Source: Pristiophorus japonicus (lineage: Eukaryota). From it: a stretch of DNA of 64,000 nucleotides. Shown here one piece after another: positions 38,010 to 50,309 of this stretch. The first letter of the stretch is position 1. Each line of letters starts with the position of its first letter. The translations under genes were made by a program, and so were the position numbers. The notes under the pieces were generated by a model. That model did not search any database and was not told where the DNA came from. It saw only the letters and a program-made list of their open reading frames with translations. The stretch lies in NCBI RefSeq assembly GCF_044704955.1, contig NC_091989.1, positions 186,992,001 to 187,056,000 on the forward strand. Direction: 5' to 3'.

Positions 38010-39335
38010 TGCACCATGGAGGGAGAATGGTGTCAGTACGTCTCACACTGCACCATGGAGGGGGAATGGTGTCGGTACGGGCTCACACTGCACCATGGAG
38101 GGGGAATGGTGTCGGTACGTCTCACACTGCACCATGGAGGGGCAATGGTGTCGGTACGTCTCACACTGCACCATGGAGAGGGAATGGTGTCGGTACGTCT
38201 CACACTGCCTGCACCATGGAGGGGGAATGGTGTCGGTACGTCTCACACTGCACCATGGAGGGGGAATGGTGTCGGTACGTCTCACACTGCACCATGGAGA
38301 GGGAATGGTGTCGGTACGTCTCACACTGCCTGCACCATGGAGGGGGAATGGTGTCGGTACGTCTCACACTGCACCATGGAGAGGGAATGGTGTCGGTACG
38401 TCTCACACTGCACCATGGAGGGGGAATGGTGTCGGTACGGGCTCACACTGCACCATGGAGGGGGAATGGTGTCCGTACGTCTCACACTGCCTGCACCATG
38501 GAGAGGGAATGGTGTCGGTACGTCTCACACTGCACCATGGAGGGGGAATGGTGTCGGTACGTCTCACACTGCACCATGGAGGGGGAATGGTGTCGGTACG
38601 TCTCACACTGCACCATGGAGAGGGAATGGTGTCGGTACGTCTCACACTGCACCATGGAGAGGGAATGGTGTCAGTACGGGCTCACACTGCCTGCACCATG
38701 GAGGGGGAATGGTGTCGGTACGGGCTCACACTGCACCATGGAGGGGGAATGGTGTCGGTACGTCTCACACTGCACCATGGAGGGGGAATGGTGTCGGTAC
38801 GTCTCACACTGCCTGCACCATGGAGGGGGAATGGTGTCGGTACGTCTCACACTGCACCATGGAGGGGGAATGGTGTCGGTACGTCTCACACTGCACCATG
38901 GAGAGGGAATGGTGTCAGTACGTCTCACACTGCACCATGGAGGGGGAATGGTGTCGGTACGTCTCACACTGCACCATGGAGGGGGAATGGTGTCGGTACG
39001 TCTCACACTGCCTGCACCATGGAGGGGGAATGGTGTCGGTACGTCTCACACTGCACCATGGAGGGGGAATGGTGTCGGTACGTCTCACACTGCACCATGG
39101 AGAGGGAATGGTGTCAGTACGTCTCACACTGCACCATGGAGGGGGAATGGTGTCGGTACGTCTCACACTGCACCATGGAGGGGGAATGGTGTCGGTACGT
39201 CTCACACTGCCTGCACCATGGAGGGGGAATGGTGTCGGTACGTCTCACACTGCACCATGGAGGGGGAATGGTGTCAGTACGTCTCACACTGCACCATGGA
39301 GGGGGAATGGTGTCAGTACGGGCTCACACTGCCTG
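38010..39335. repeat. 39/43-bp minisatellite, ~33 copies
   Basis: CTGCACCATGGAGGGGGAATGGTGTCGGTACGTCTCACA. Confidence 0.93.
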
Positions 39336-39464
39336 CATCTTGTGGATAATTGTAGTTTCCCCACAGGCTCAGCGAGAAGGTTACAAAGTGCAGCCCTGTC
39401 GACTCCGATCCCAGACCCGGTTATGGGCACTGTGGGATCTTCAGGTCCCTGCAGAAACATTGGC

Positions 39465-39845
39465 TGTGAGGACAGATTGGATCGGCTGGGGTTGTTTACT
39501 TTGGAACAGAGGAGGCTGAGGGGAGACCTGATTGAGGTGTATAAAATTATGAGGGGTCTGGATAGAGTGGATAGGAAGGACTCGTTTCCCTTAGCCGAGG
39601 GGTCAATAACTAGGGGACGTAGATTTAAAGTAATTGGTCGGGGGAATTTGAGGGGAAAGTTTTTAACCCAGAGGGTGGTGGGGGTCTGGAACTCACTGCC
39701 TGAAAGGGTGGTAGAGGCAGAAACCCTCACCACATTTAAAAAGTACCTGGACGTGCACCTGAAATGCCGTAACCCACAGCTCTTGGTCGGCCGGTGTGGA
39801 CACGATGGGTCGAATGGCCTCCTTCCGTGCTGTAAATTTCTATGA
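39465..39845 (+). mobile_element. CR1 3' fragment
   Basis: LEQRRLRGDLIEVYKIM...FLTQRVVGVWNSLP. Confidence 0.8.
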
Positions 39846-40178
39846 TGCTGTGAACATACACAGCAAATCGGTCAGCATCTGAAATGTGAAAAGGGAGGCT
39901 GGTTTTCCGAGCCCAGATCTGAAAAGTAACCACACATTTCAGGAGAGGCCGAGAGAGAATCCAGTCACAATTGGGGGTGGATTGACAGGCTGAGTGAGAT
40001 GAAAGGTCACCTGAGAGATCCACAGGATTCCCTTGTTCTGTTGATACCCCTCGATATCTGTCCAGGGGAACACAGGAACAGGGGTAGGCTAGTCAACCTC
40101 TCCGGCCCGTTCTGCTACTGCATTAGATCGCGGCTAATCCCAACCCCATTTAATCTGAAATCTTGCAACGTGTTACAG

Positions 40179-40484
40179 CTCAAGCTCCAAGCCTCATCTC
40201 GCTTGTTCCATCGCCGGAGGTTGTCTACAATCAAACCACCGCTGTCCTGGGCTGTGCCATATCTGGATTCTATCCCGACAAACTAAAGGTTTCCTGGAAG
40301 AAAGGCGGGGTAGACCAGAAGGGTATCGTTCTCCCTTCCAGACCGGGAGCCGCCGATACCTTTGAAACGGTGGCTTACCTGACGGTGCCTGTGAAGGAAT
40401 GGACCAAAGGGGAGGTTTACACCTGTGAAGTGGCCCATGGACCTTCGAACCTCCCTAACACAATCAGCATGAGGTATCAAGCGG
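40179..40484 (+). CDS. IgW: IgW CH2 exon
   Basis: TTACAG|CT; QAPSLISLVPS...LGCAISGFYP...VSW...YTCEVAH; G|GTAAGT. Confidence 0.93.
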
Positions 40485-40854
40485 GTAAGTGGTGTCTGAG
40501 GGGGAGGAATATGGTCAGTAATCCAGCCTTGTATTAACTTAATGCGCAAATGTTCGCCCTTAACTCGTGAATCACTGTCCCGAATATCGCCCCTGGTGAG
40601 AGAGGCGAGATGTTTAGTATTTTACGTGTTGATATTGAACCGACACTTAGAGAGAGTAACTTTAACCCAAGGCGCTGGGCGGGGAAACTGCCGGGGTCGG
40701 GCTGGTCACCCGTTTACACTCTCGCCCGATTTTACTCTCCGCTGACTTCAATGGAAAGGATAATGGTGCGGAGCGTGAAACGGGCGGCCCATCGATACCT
40801 TCACCTCCTACCTGTTCCCTTCCTACTGTCTCCCAAATGTTATTTTATAGACTA

Positions 40855-41480
40855 GAACCAGAGAATGGTCACAGCACGAAAGGCCAGTCAGCCCATCGAG
40901 CCCGTGCTGACCCCAGCCAGTCCCACTCCCTGCCCTTTCCCCGTAGCCCGCCAATATTTTTCCCTTCAGATATTTATCCAACTCCCTTTTGAAAGCAGGA
41001 TTGAGCCTGCCTCCTCCACCCTCTCAGGCCGTGAATTCCAGATCCCAACCACTCGCTGCGTAAACAAGTATTTTCTTACATCGCTTTTGGTTCTTCTGCC
41101 AATCGCCTTAAATCTGTGTCCCTCTGGTTCCTGACCCTTCCCCCAATGGGAACAGTTTCTCTCTCTATCGACTCTGTCCAGACCCCTCATGATTGTGAAC
41201 ACCTCGATCAAATCTCCTCTCAACCTTCTCTGCTCCAAGGAGAACAACCCCAGCTTCTCCAGTCTATCCCCGTCACTGAAGTCCCACATCCCTGGAACCA
41301 TTCTCGGAAATCCCCTCTGCTCCCTCTCTAAGGCCTTCACATCCTTCCTACAGTGCGGGGCCCAGAACTGGACACAATACTCCAGCTGGGGCGAACCCGT
41401 GTTTTATACAGATCCATCATCATTCCCACGGGCAGTACTCTGTGCCTCGGTTTATGAAGCCCAGGATCCTGGAAGCCTTT
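40855..41480 (-). mobile_element. CR1 3' fragment
   Basis: Minus-strand LEQRRLRGDLIEVF...LFTQRVVGIWNS. Confidence 0.78.
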
Positions 41481-41912
41481 ATAACTGCTTTCCCAACCTG
41501 AGAACACCTCTGTCAAATCTCCTCTCAACCTTCTGCGATTTCTGCACATACACCCACAGGTAGGAAATAAATCTGCCCAGTTTTGCATTTGAATGAATTG
41601 CCACGAGCTGCTGCACCCTCTCCTGAGGGAACGTGTTCCATCGATTGACCACTCACTGAAATATTGATCCCCCACATCAGATTTGAAGTGACCAGTCCCC
41701 AGCTCCCCTTTAAGCGCAGCTCGTGTCTCTGGTTCGCCTGTTCAGGACCAGGTGAGACAGCGTGTTATGGTCCACACGATCTGCTCCCTTTTAGCATCAT
41801 ATAAACTCCGGATGGAGCAGAGTTCCAGGGCCGTGTGGAGCTCCCACTTTCCCAGCACGGGACGGGAGGTGAAAATGTATAACACTTAAATCTGCAACTC
41901 TTCCGATTCCAG

Positions 41913-42043
41913 GTGGAAACGCTGCGTGCTCTTGTTCTGAGTGTGTGCCGAAGTTTCTCTACCAGACTAACCTTAAAGTGACCCTTCCCGATGGTGACGA
42001 GCATCAATATAAATGTCACCAAAACAAATGCGAAATAAAGTGA
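41913..42043 (+). CDS. IgW: IgW short-form secretory tail exon (GGNAACSCSECVPKFLYQTNLKVTLPDGDEHQYKCHQNKCEIK*)
   Basis: Acceptor CTCTTCCGATTCCAG, phase 1 with CH2; 5 Cys; AATAAA at 42034-42039; fits the known long Cys-rich tail of two-CH-domain IgW/IgX. Confidence 0.87.
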
Positions 42044-42107
42044 TTGGTTGTGAATGGAATTGGCCGCTGGATTTTATTACAAAGTGTCTGATGGCTTATA
42101 GACACGG

Positions 42108-43333
42108 CCCACAGTGTGTGTGGGGATAGAGTGTACACAGAGGGAGGGTACAGCCCACGGTGTGTGTGGGGATAGAGTGTACACAGAGGGAGGGTCAGCC
42201 CACAGTGTGTGTGGGGATAGAGTGCACACAGAGGGAGGGTCAGCCCACAGTGTGTGTGGGATAGAGTGTACACAGAGGGAGGGTCAGCCCATAGTGTGTG
42301 TGGGGATAGAATGTACACAGAGGGAGGGTCAGCCCATGGTGTGTGGGATAGTGTACACAGAGGGAGGGTCAGCCCACAGTGTGTGTGGGATAGAATGTAC
42401 ACAGAGGGAGGGTCAGCCCATGGTGTGTGTGGGGATGGAGTGTACACAGAGGGAGGGTCAGCCCACAGTGTGTGTGGGATAGAGTGTACGCAGAGGGAGG
42501 GTACAGCCCATGGTGTGTGGGGATAGAGTGTACACAGAGGGAGGGTCAGCCCATGGTGTGTGGGATAGTGTACACAGAGGGAGGGTCAGCCCACAGTGTG
42601 TGTGGGATAGAATGTACACAGAGGGAGGGTACAGGCCATGGTGTGTGTGGGGATAGAGTGTACACAGAGGGAGGGTCAGCCCATGGTGTGTGGGATAGAG
42701 TGTACACAGAGGGAGGGTACAGCCCACGGTGTGTGTGGGGATAGAGTGTACACAGAGGGAGGGTCAGCCCACGGTGTGTGTGGGGATAGAGTGTACACAG
42801 AGGGAGGGTCAGCCCACGGTGTGTGTGGGGATAGAGTGTACACAGAGGGAGAGGGTACAGCCCACAGTATGTGTGGGGATAGAGTGTACACAGAGGGAGG
42901 GTACAGCCCACGGTGTGTGTGTGGATAGAGTGTACACAGAGGGAGGGGGTACAGCCCACGCTATGTGTGGGGATAGAGTGTACACAGAGAGAGGGTACAG
43001 CCCACAGTGTGTGTAGGGATGAGTGTACACAGAGGGAGGGTCAGCCCATGGTGTGTGTGGGGATAGAGTGTACACAGAGGGAGAGTTAGCCCATGGTGTG
43101 TGTGGGGATAGAGTGTACACAGAGGGAGTGGGTACAGCCCACGGTGTGTGTGGGGATAGAGTGTACACAGAGGAAGGGGGTACAGCCCACGCTGTATATG
43201 GGAATAGAGTGTACACAGAGGGAGTGGGTACAGCCCACGGTGTATATGGGGATAGAGTGTACATAGAGGGAGGGGGTACAGCCCATGGTGTATATAGGGA
43301 TAGAGTGTACACAGAGGGAGGGGGTACAGCCCA
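42108..43333. repeat. ~43-bp minisatellite, same family as 34938-35852, ~28 copies
   Basis: Same GGGGATAGAGTGTACACAGAGGGAGGG unit and same orientation. Confidence 0.9.
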
Positions 43334-43509
43334 AGCTCGGTGCCCAGCCCAGCCCACTCCTGGTCTGTATGGTCATTCTTTGCTGGGTCACTTCGGATCG
43401 GTCCCGGCCCCACAGCTTGACCGTTGCCTCTTTGGTCTGGGCCGAGTGGGCAACAATTGGAGGACCATCTCTGGCCCAGGGATACAGTGGCGGGGGGGGG
43501 GGGGGGAGA

Positions 43510-44072
43510 AAGTAATGTCCCATTAATCCAGTGATGGGGGTGGGGGGGAATGTCCCATTGATCCAGTGACGGGGGGGGGGGGGATGTTCCATTGTTCCAG
43601 TGACGGGGGAGGGGGAAATGTCCCATTGATCCAGTGACGGAGGGGGGGGATGTCCCATTGTTCCAGTGATGGGGTGGGGGGAATCTCCCATTGATCCAGT
43701 GACGGGGGGGGGGGGGAGGGGAATGTCCAATTGATCCAGTGGAAGGGGAGGAATGTCCCATTGATCCAGTGAAAGGGGGGATGTCCCATTTATCCACTGA
43801 CGGGGGTGGGGGGGAGGGGAATGTCCAATTGATCCAGTGGAATGGGAGGAATGTCCCATTGATCCATTGAAAGGGGGGGGAATGTACCATTGATCCAGTG
43901 AAAGGGGGGGAATGTCCCATTGATCCAGTGAAAGGGGGGGGATGTCCCATTTATCCAGTGACGGGGGGGGGGAATGTCCTATTGATCAATTGAAACAAGG
44001 GGTGGGGGATATCCTATTGATCCAGTGAAAGGGGGGGCGTAATGTCCCATTGATCCAGTGAAAGGGGGGGGC
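43510..44072. repeat. G-run minisatellite
   Basis: AATGTCCCATTGATCCAGTGA followed by G runs. Confidence 0.85.
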
Positions 44073-44195
44073 GTCTTTAATGATGTTGGTCCTGAGGCAC
44101 ACTGCTGAGAAAGGACACAGCAGCCCAACTGGTGCCCTGCACAACCTGATAGGTTTTGGATGAAAACTCTGGGTAGCAGAAATAGAAAAGATTCC

Positions 44196-44760
44196 ACACC
44201 TGGAATATTGTGTTCAGTTTTGGTCTCCTAATCTGAGGAAGGACGTTCTTGCTATTGAGGGAGTGCAGCGAAGGTTCACCAGACTGATTCCCGGGATGGC
44301 TGGACTGTCATATGAGGAGAGACTGGATCAACTGGGCCTTTATTCACTGGAGTTTAGAAGAATGAGAGGGGATCTCATAGAGACATATAAGATTCTGACG
44401 GGACTAGACAAGTTAAATGCAGGAAGAATGTTCCCGATGTTGGGGACGTCCAGAACCAGGGCTCACAGTCTGAGGATAAGGGGTAGGCCATTTAGGACTG
44501 AGATGAGGAGAAACTGCTTCACTCAGAGAGTTGTTAACCTGTGGAATTCCCTACCGCAGAGAGTTGTTGATGCCAGTTCATTGGATATATTCAAGAGGGA
44601 GTTAGATGTGGCCCTTACGGCTAAAGGGATCAAGGGGTATGGAGAGAAAGCAGGAAAGGGGTACTGAGGGAATGATCAGCCATGATCTTATTGAATGGTG
44701 GTGCAGGCTCGAAGGGCCAAATGGCCTACTCCTGCACCTATTTTCTATGTTTCTATGTTT
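44196..44760 (+). mobile_element. CR1 subfamily A-like 3' fragment
   Basis: QRRFTRLIPGMAGL...GYGEKAG; TATGTTTC tail. Confidence 0.87.
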
Positions 44761-45075
44761 CATTCACCCAGCTCCCGGATACTGACATCAGTCAACGACA
44801 GGAGCTCAATGATCACAAGGAATTCAAGTTTGGGAAGTGGTTTTATAAATTCCCCTCCCCTCCTCCCCCTGAGTAAACGGAATGAAGCGTCTCTCGCCCA
44901 ATAATATCATCATTTTGGAATAACAAGGGGAATATTGCGGCCCTGTGTGGGCTGATGATGGGTGAGCCTCTGTCACTGGGAACTGTTCAATGTCCAGACT
45001 TGATCACTGATGCAAGACAGGGGCTGAGCACCTTCCAAAAACCGCAACATTTAACATCAGCACCGTGCAGACTCA

Positions 45076-45885
45076 ACCTGGGTTTGATAATCACTGACTA
45101 TATACGGTGTATATTAAACCTGGGTTTGATAATCACTGACTATATACGGTGTATATTAAACTTGGGTTTGATAATCACTGACTATATACGGTGTATATTA
45201 AACCTGGGTTTGATAATCACTGACTATACACGGTGTATATTACACCTGGGTTTGATAATCACTGACTATACACGGTGTATATTACACCTGGGTTTGATAA
45301 TCACTGACTATATACGGTGTATATTAAACCTGGGTTTGATAATCACTGACTATATACGGTGTATATTACACCTGGGTTTGATAATCACTGACTATATACG
45401 GTGTATATCGCACCTGGGTTTGATAATCACTGACTAAAGACGGTGTATATTAACCTGGGTTTGATAATCACTGACTATATACGGTGTATATTAAACTTGG
45501 GTTTGATAATCACTGACTATATACGGTGTATATTAAACTTGGGTTTGATAATCACTGACTATACACGGTGTATATTAAACCTGGGTTTGAGAATCACTGA
45601 TTGCACGGTGTATATTAAACCTGGGTTTGAGAATCACTGACTATACACGGTGTATACTACACCTGGGTTTGAGAATCACTGATTACACGGTGTATATTAA
45701 ACCTGGGTTTGAGAATCACTGATTACACGGTGTACACTACACCTGGGTTTGAGAATCACTGATTGCACGGTGTACACTACACCTGGGTTTGAGAATCACT
45801 GATTACACACATCTACACCTGGGTTTGAGAATCACTGACTATACACGGTGTACACTACACCTGGGTTTGAGAATCACTGATTGCA
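45076..45885. repeat. 42-bp minisatellite, ~19 copies
   Basis: AACCTGGGTTTGATAATCACTGACTATATACGGTGTATATTA. Confidence 0.9.
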
Positions 45886-47669
45886 CACTGTGACAAGCCT
45901 CAATGTGACCAATCCCAATCCGACAGCATTTCTGTTCAAAATGCCGGGGAGAGGAACAGAGACGATCTTTAAATGAATCAAAGACACGGTCCTGTCAGAC
46001 AGAGACTGTGCTGACACAGCAGCTCAATCTGCAGCCGGAGAGGGTGATTCCCGGTACTCATTAAAGGTTTCAATCCTGACCCAGAGATGGCCATCCTGCC
46101 TCCTCCCTCCCCCAGTGTTGAGATTACATATACACAGGGTAAACATTGCCTGAGTTGTGACACACAGTGAATGTGTGTGTGTGAATAGCGCTCAGAACAC
46201 GCAGTGAGCTGCGGGGTGACTGAAGTGACCATGGTCCTGTGAGAGACCAGTGTAAAGGGGGAATGTGTGAAGGATGTCACTGGCCCCGAGGGTGTGTGAG
46301 CTGCAGGTTTAGGCATTCACAGCGTGTGCCCAAACCCACAGCAATCCTCGCCACAGGTCGCACACATCCGGATAAAGGGCCTCCGCGGGCAGATAGTTGG
46401 GCTGCCTGCCCAGCCCCTGACCCTGCCCCGGGCCCTGCCCCTGCCCCAGGCCCTGATCCTGCCCCTGCTCTGCCCCCTGCCCCAGGCCCAGCAATTTTTC
46501 CAAGTGATAGAAGCAGGTGTAAGGCCTGCTTTAATCAGCATAAGACTTTTAAAGGACAGAAAAATGCATTTTCAATAATTTAAACATTTAAAATCCTATT
46601 AAATCAGGTAAGTTTATTTGTGGACCCTTTAAAATATGTAAATTTATTTTTCATAAAATTAAATTTTTGTTTTTAATAATTACATTTCCTTTTGATGAAT
46701 TTTAAATATGTGATGGTTTAGAACATGTATATTATAACTGTGTGTTTTGGAGGTATTCCCGTTCAAACTGACGCAGACAAAAATTGTCACCGAGCCAAAG
46801 GAAGGAAAGACTTGCATTTATATAGCGCCTGTCACCAGCACCGGACGCCTCAAAGCGCTTTCCAGCCAATGAAGCACTGTCTGTAGTCAGTGTTGTAATG
46901 TGGGAATATTGTGAAGCAGGAGAGAGAAGGAGAGTGACCAAAAGCTGGGTCACGGGGCAGGCTGTGTCCCAGGGAGAGAGAGGGTGACAAGCCATGAGGT
47001 TTAGGAGGGAGTTCCTGAGGTTCGGGCCCAGACACGGGGCTGAAGCCACGGCTGGCTGACAGTTTTGGGGCGATGGGAATGCAGGATGTACAAGAGGCCA
47101 GAGTTGAGGAATGCAGGGTTCCCGGAGGGGCTGTAAGGCTGGAGAAGGTTAGAGAGATGAGGGAGAGGTGAGACCATGGAGTGATTGGACACTGGGCTCG
47201 CTGTGAATGGTGAGGAGGGGTCCTCATTGCCTCAGTGTGTGATCGATGTCACAGATCGATGCACAGCCCTACATGGGGGCTCTGAGCAAACCAGCATTTC
47301 TCCCATTTCACTCAGCAGTCTGCGTCTCTCGCTGCATTTCACAAAGCAGGGATTGCATTTTATTAACATGTCGCTCAGCCCCATTGCAGTCCCCGCTGGG
47401 GATCTGTTGTTCAGGGTTACAGCGAGCGGATCCAAAACGGCTCGGGTGGATCCCTGACGCTCTGATTATGTTTTCTCCGTCAATTTACAAGCCAAGAAAT
47501 GCAAGATGGGGGCGTCGCTCCCCTGTGCCCCTGATTGGGGGAGGGGTAACCTCCTGTGGCGGGGGGGGGGGGGGGGGGGGACCTCCTATGGAGGAGGGGT
47601 AACCTCCTGGGGGGGGGGGGTGTAATCTGGTAACCTCCTGGGGGGGGGGGGGGGGGTGGTAATCTGGTA

Positions 47670-48890
47670 ATAAGAACATAAGAACATAAGAATTAGGAAC
47701 AGGAGTAGGCCATCTATCCCCTCGAGCCTGCTTCGCCATTTAACAAGATCATGGCTGATCTGGCCGTGGACTCAGCTCCACTTACCCGCCCGCTCCCCGT
47801 AACCCTTAATTCCCTTATTGGTTAAAAATCTATCTATCTGTGACTTGAATACATTCAATGAGCTAGCCTCAACTGCTTCCTTGGGCAGAGAATTCCACAG
47901 ATTCACAACCCTCTGGGAGAAGAAATTCCTTCTCAACTCGGTTTTAAATTGGCTCCCCCATATTTTGAGGCTGTGCCCCCTAGTTCTAGTCTCCCCGACC
48001 AGTGGAAACAACCTCTCTGCCTCTATCTTGTCTATCCCTTTCATTATTTTAAATGTTTCTATAAGATCACCCCTCATCCTTCTGAACTCCAACAAGTAAA
48101 GACCCAGTCTACTCAATCTATCATCATAAGGTAACCCCCTCATCTCCGGAATCAGCCCAGTGAATCGTCTCTGTACCCCCTCCAAAGCCAGTATATCCTT
48201 CCTTAAGTAAGGTGACCAAAACTGCACGCAGTACTCCAGGTGCGGCCTCACCATTACCCTGTACAGTTGCAGCAGGACCTCCCTGCTTTTGGACTCCATC
48301 CCTCTCGCAATGAAGGCCAACATTCCATTCGCCTTCCTGATTACCTGCTGCACCTGCAAATTAACTTTTTGGGATTTGGGCACCGGAGGGACTGGAGTGC
48401 ATCATCACGCCTGGCAACCAAATTTTAATTTGATTTTACGTTTTTAAGTTTAATTTGTTTTAATTGCCGGTGCTTTTAGTGTCCCCCTTCCCTTTTATAG
48501 GGGGCACTGGGGAAAATTGTGATTTTAGTGCCCCAAAAAAAAAAAAAAAAAACACAAAAAAAAACAAAAAAAAGGGGGAAAAAAAAAGAGCCTTGTAAAT
48601 GTCTGGAGTGTCACCCAGGTCGGGTGGCACAGTTTAATGTTTATGTTTTGCAGGTAGACTCTAAAAGAGTTTCATGCTCAAGGACTCCCAGGTCCCTCTG
48701 CACCACAGCATGTTGTAATTTCTCCCCATTCAAATAATATTCCCTTTTACTGTTTTTTTTCCCAAGGTGGATGACCTCACACTTTCCGACATTGTATTCT
48801 ATCTGCCAAACCTTAGCCCATTTGCTTAACCTATCTAAATCTCTTTGCAGCCTCTCTGTGTCCTCTACACAACCTGCTTTCCCACTAATC
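47670..48890 (-). mobile_element. CR1 subfamily B inserted in a GGGGTAACCTCCTG repeat and itself interrupted at 48377-48670
   Basis: (TAAGAACA)n tail; minus ORFs 47772-48383 and 48641-48890. Confidence 0.88.
48377..48670 (+). mobile_element. 3' end of a probable Tx1/L1-clade LINE nested in CR1
   Basis: WAPEGLECIITPGNQILI* (48377-48433) followed by T-rich and A-rich 3' UTR; splits the CR1 sequence GGGATT|CATGC. Confidence 0.55.
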
Positions 48891-49469
48891 TCCTGGGGCG
48901 GAGGGGGAACTTCCAGTGGGGGGGGGGGGGAACCTCCTGGGGGGGGGGGAGAGTAACCTCCTGGGAGGGGGAGGGTAACCTCCTGGAAGGGGGGGGTAAT
49001 CTCCTGGGGGGAAGGTAATCTCCTGGGGGGGTAACCTCCTGGGCCGGAGGGGGAACCTCCTGGGGGGGGGGCGGGACTTTTAGAGCCCGGCACGGAATTG
49101 CCCTCACTGCTCCTTGAAGGAAGCATAGTGCTCCCCTCCCCCTTCCCCGGTTGAAAAGCCCCTGACCTCTCCCCCCCTGCCCCCCACCGGAGGCGCTATC
49201 GGGACCAATTTCACCCTCTGATACCTTTCCAACAACCCAGGGATGTCCCAATGTGAGATTTGCTCCAGGTTTAGCTGCAGTGCCGCTTGATCGAGTATCA
49301 ACCCCAGATATTACACATTGAAAAGGACTCTGGTTTAAACTGTTGAAACTCACTTCCGCCCTGACCTTCCATCACGGAGCATCAATCTTTTTCTTCCCTC
49401 GGGAGCAGCAAAGCAAATCAAACATCAATATCTCAGTCAGATCTCCAGGCCCAAGCTCCTGGTGTAACA

Positions 49470-49900
49470 GTGTGCAGATCCTGCAGGCTGCCTGTGTATT
49501 CCCTCTGGGGGCAGGGCTCGATGATGTGCTCCAGGGTCTGATTAGGAGCTCCACAGTCACACGATGGGGAGGCTTTAATCTCCCACCCCTGGAGAAGGTG
49601 GCAGCATCGACTGTGACCGGTTCTGAGGCGGTCGATGGTTGCCCAATGTTTGTGAGGAAGGTTTGATCCTTCAGGTTGTACTGTGGGCCCCTCGATAATC
49701 CATTCCGTATGTCACACTTCTTCCAAGCATTTCGCCGTCGGTCATCGAGACTGAGGGGAGATCGCTGAAAGGCTTCAGCAATGGTCCAAAATGGCGGTCT
49801 AGATTGGAGACAGATTGGGGATCCTTTCTCCATAACATGGACTTCCCCACGTTTCATGTCAGAGCCATTGGACTAGGCACAGAATGTGTTCTCCTTGGCA
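49470..49900 (-). mobile_element. Degraded non-LTR retrotransposon C-terminus (RTEX-like)
   Basis: Minus strand reads ...HWATIDRLRTGHSRC...SPSCDCGAPNQTLEHIIEPCP (CCHC-type knuckle). Confidence 0.6.
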
Positions 49901-50006
49901 CTGCTCTCTCAAAGGACCATCAATAGAAAAGTCTCTCGAGATTCTGAAGCCGGCTGGCACCAGACATTGTCCATTCTTCTGAAAGTTTTCCCTTTCTCAT
50001 TCCCAG

Positions 50007-50309
50007 AAATGTCTGTTTTTATTCAAAATCCTTCTATGGAAGAGGTTTTGATCAGTGGGACTGCTACCCTGGTGTGTGAAGTGTTCTGTGCCGATCCGAA
50101 CCCGGTCGAAATCTCCTGGAAGGTGAGCGGGCTGGACAGAAGTGAAGGTGTTAATACTCAGCAACTGAGAGAGGAAGGGACCCTGTACAGAGTCGTCAGT
50201 CAACTGCGAACCAGCGTGGAGGAGTGGAGCAGTGGGGTAGAGTACATGTGCTCTGCCCACCGGACTTCCTCGTCCTCGCCAGTGTCAGTACAGACAAGCC
50301 GTGCAAAAG
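50007..50309 (+). CDS. IgW: IgW CH3 exon
   Basis: TTCCCAG|AA; EMSVFIQNPSMEE...ATLVC...ISW...EEWSSGVEYMC; G|GTGGGC. Confidence 0.9.

Noticed and set aside
36255-39845. Long ORFs (459, 661, 546, 446 aa), and similar ones at 53169-54746, 56035-57066 and 61785-63553
   Set aside because: Translations of stop-poor minisatellites, open in several frames; no protein family signal
45865-46201. CACTGTG (45886) and CACAGTG (46163) as possible extra RSSs; also heptamers in the 15.6, 35 and 42 kb arrays
   Set aside because: No acceptable nonamer at 12 or 22/23 nt and no adjacent V, D or J coding sequence
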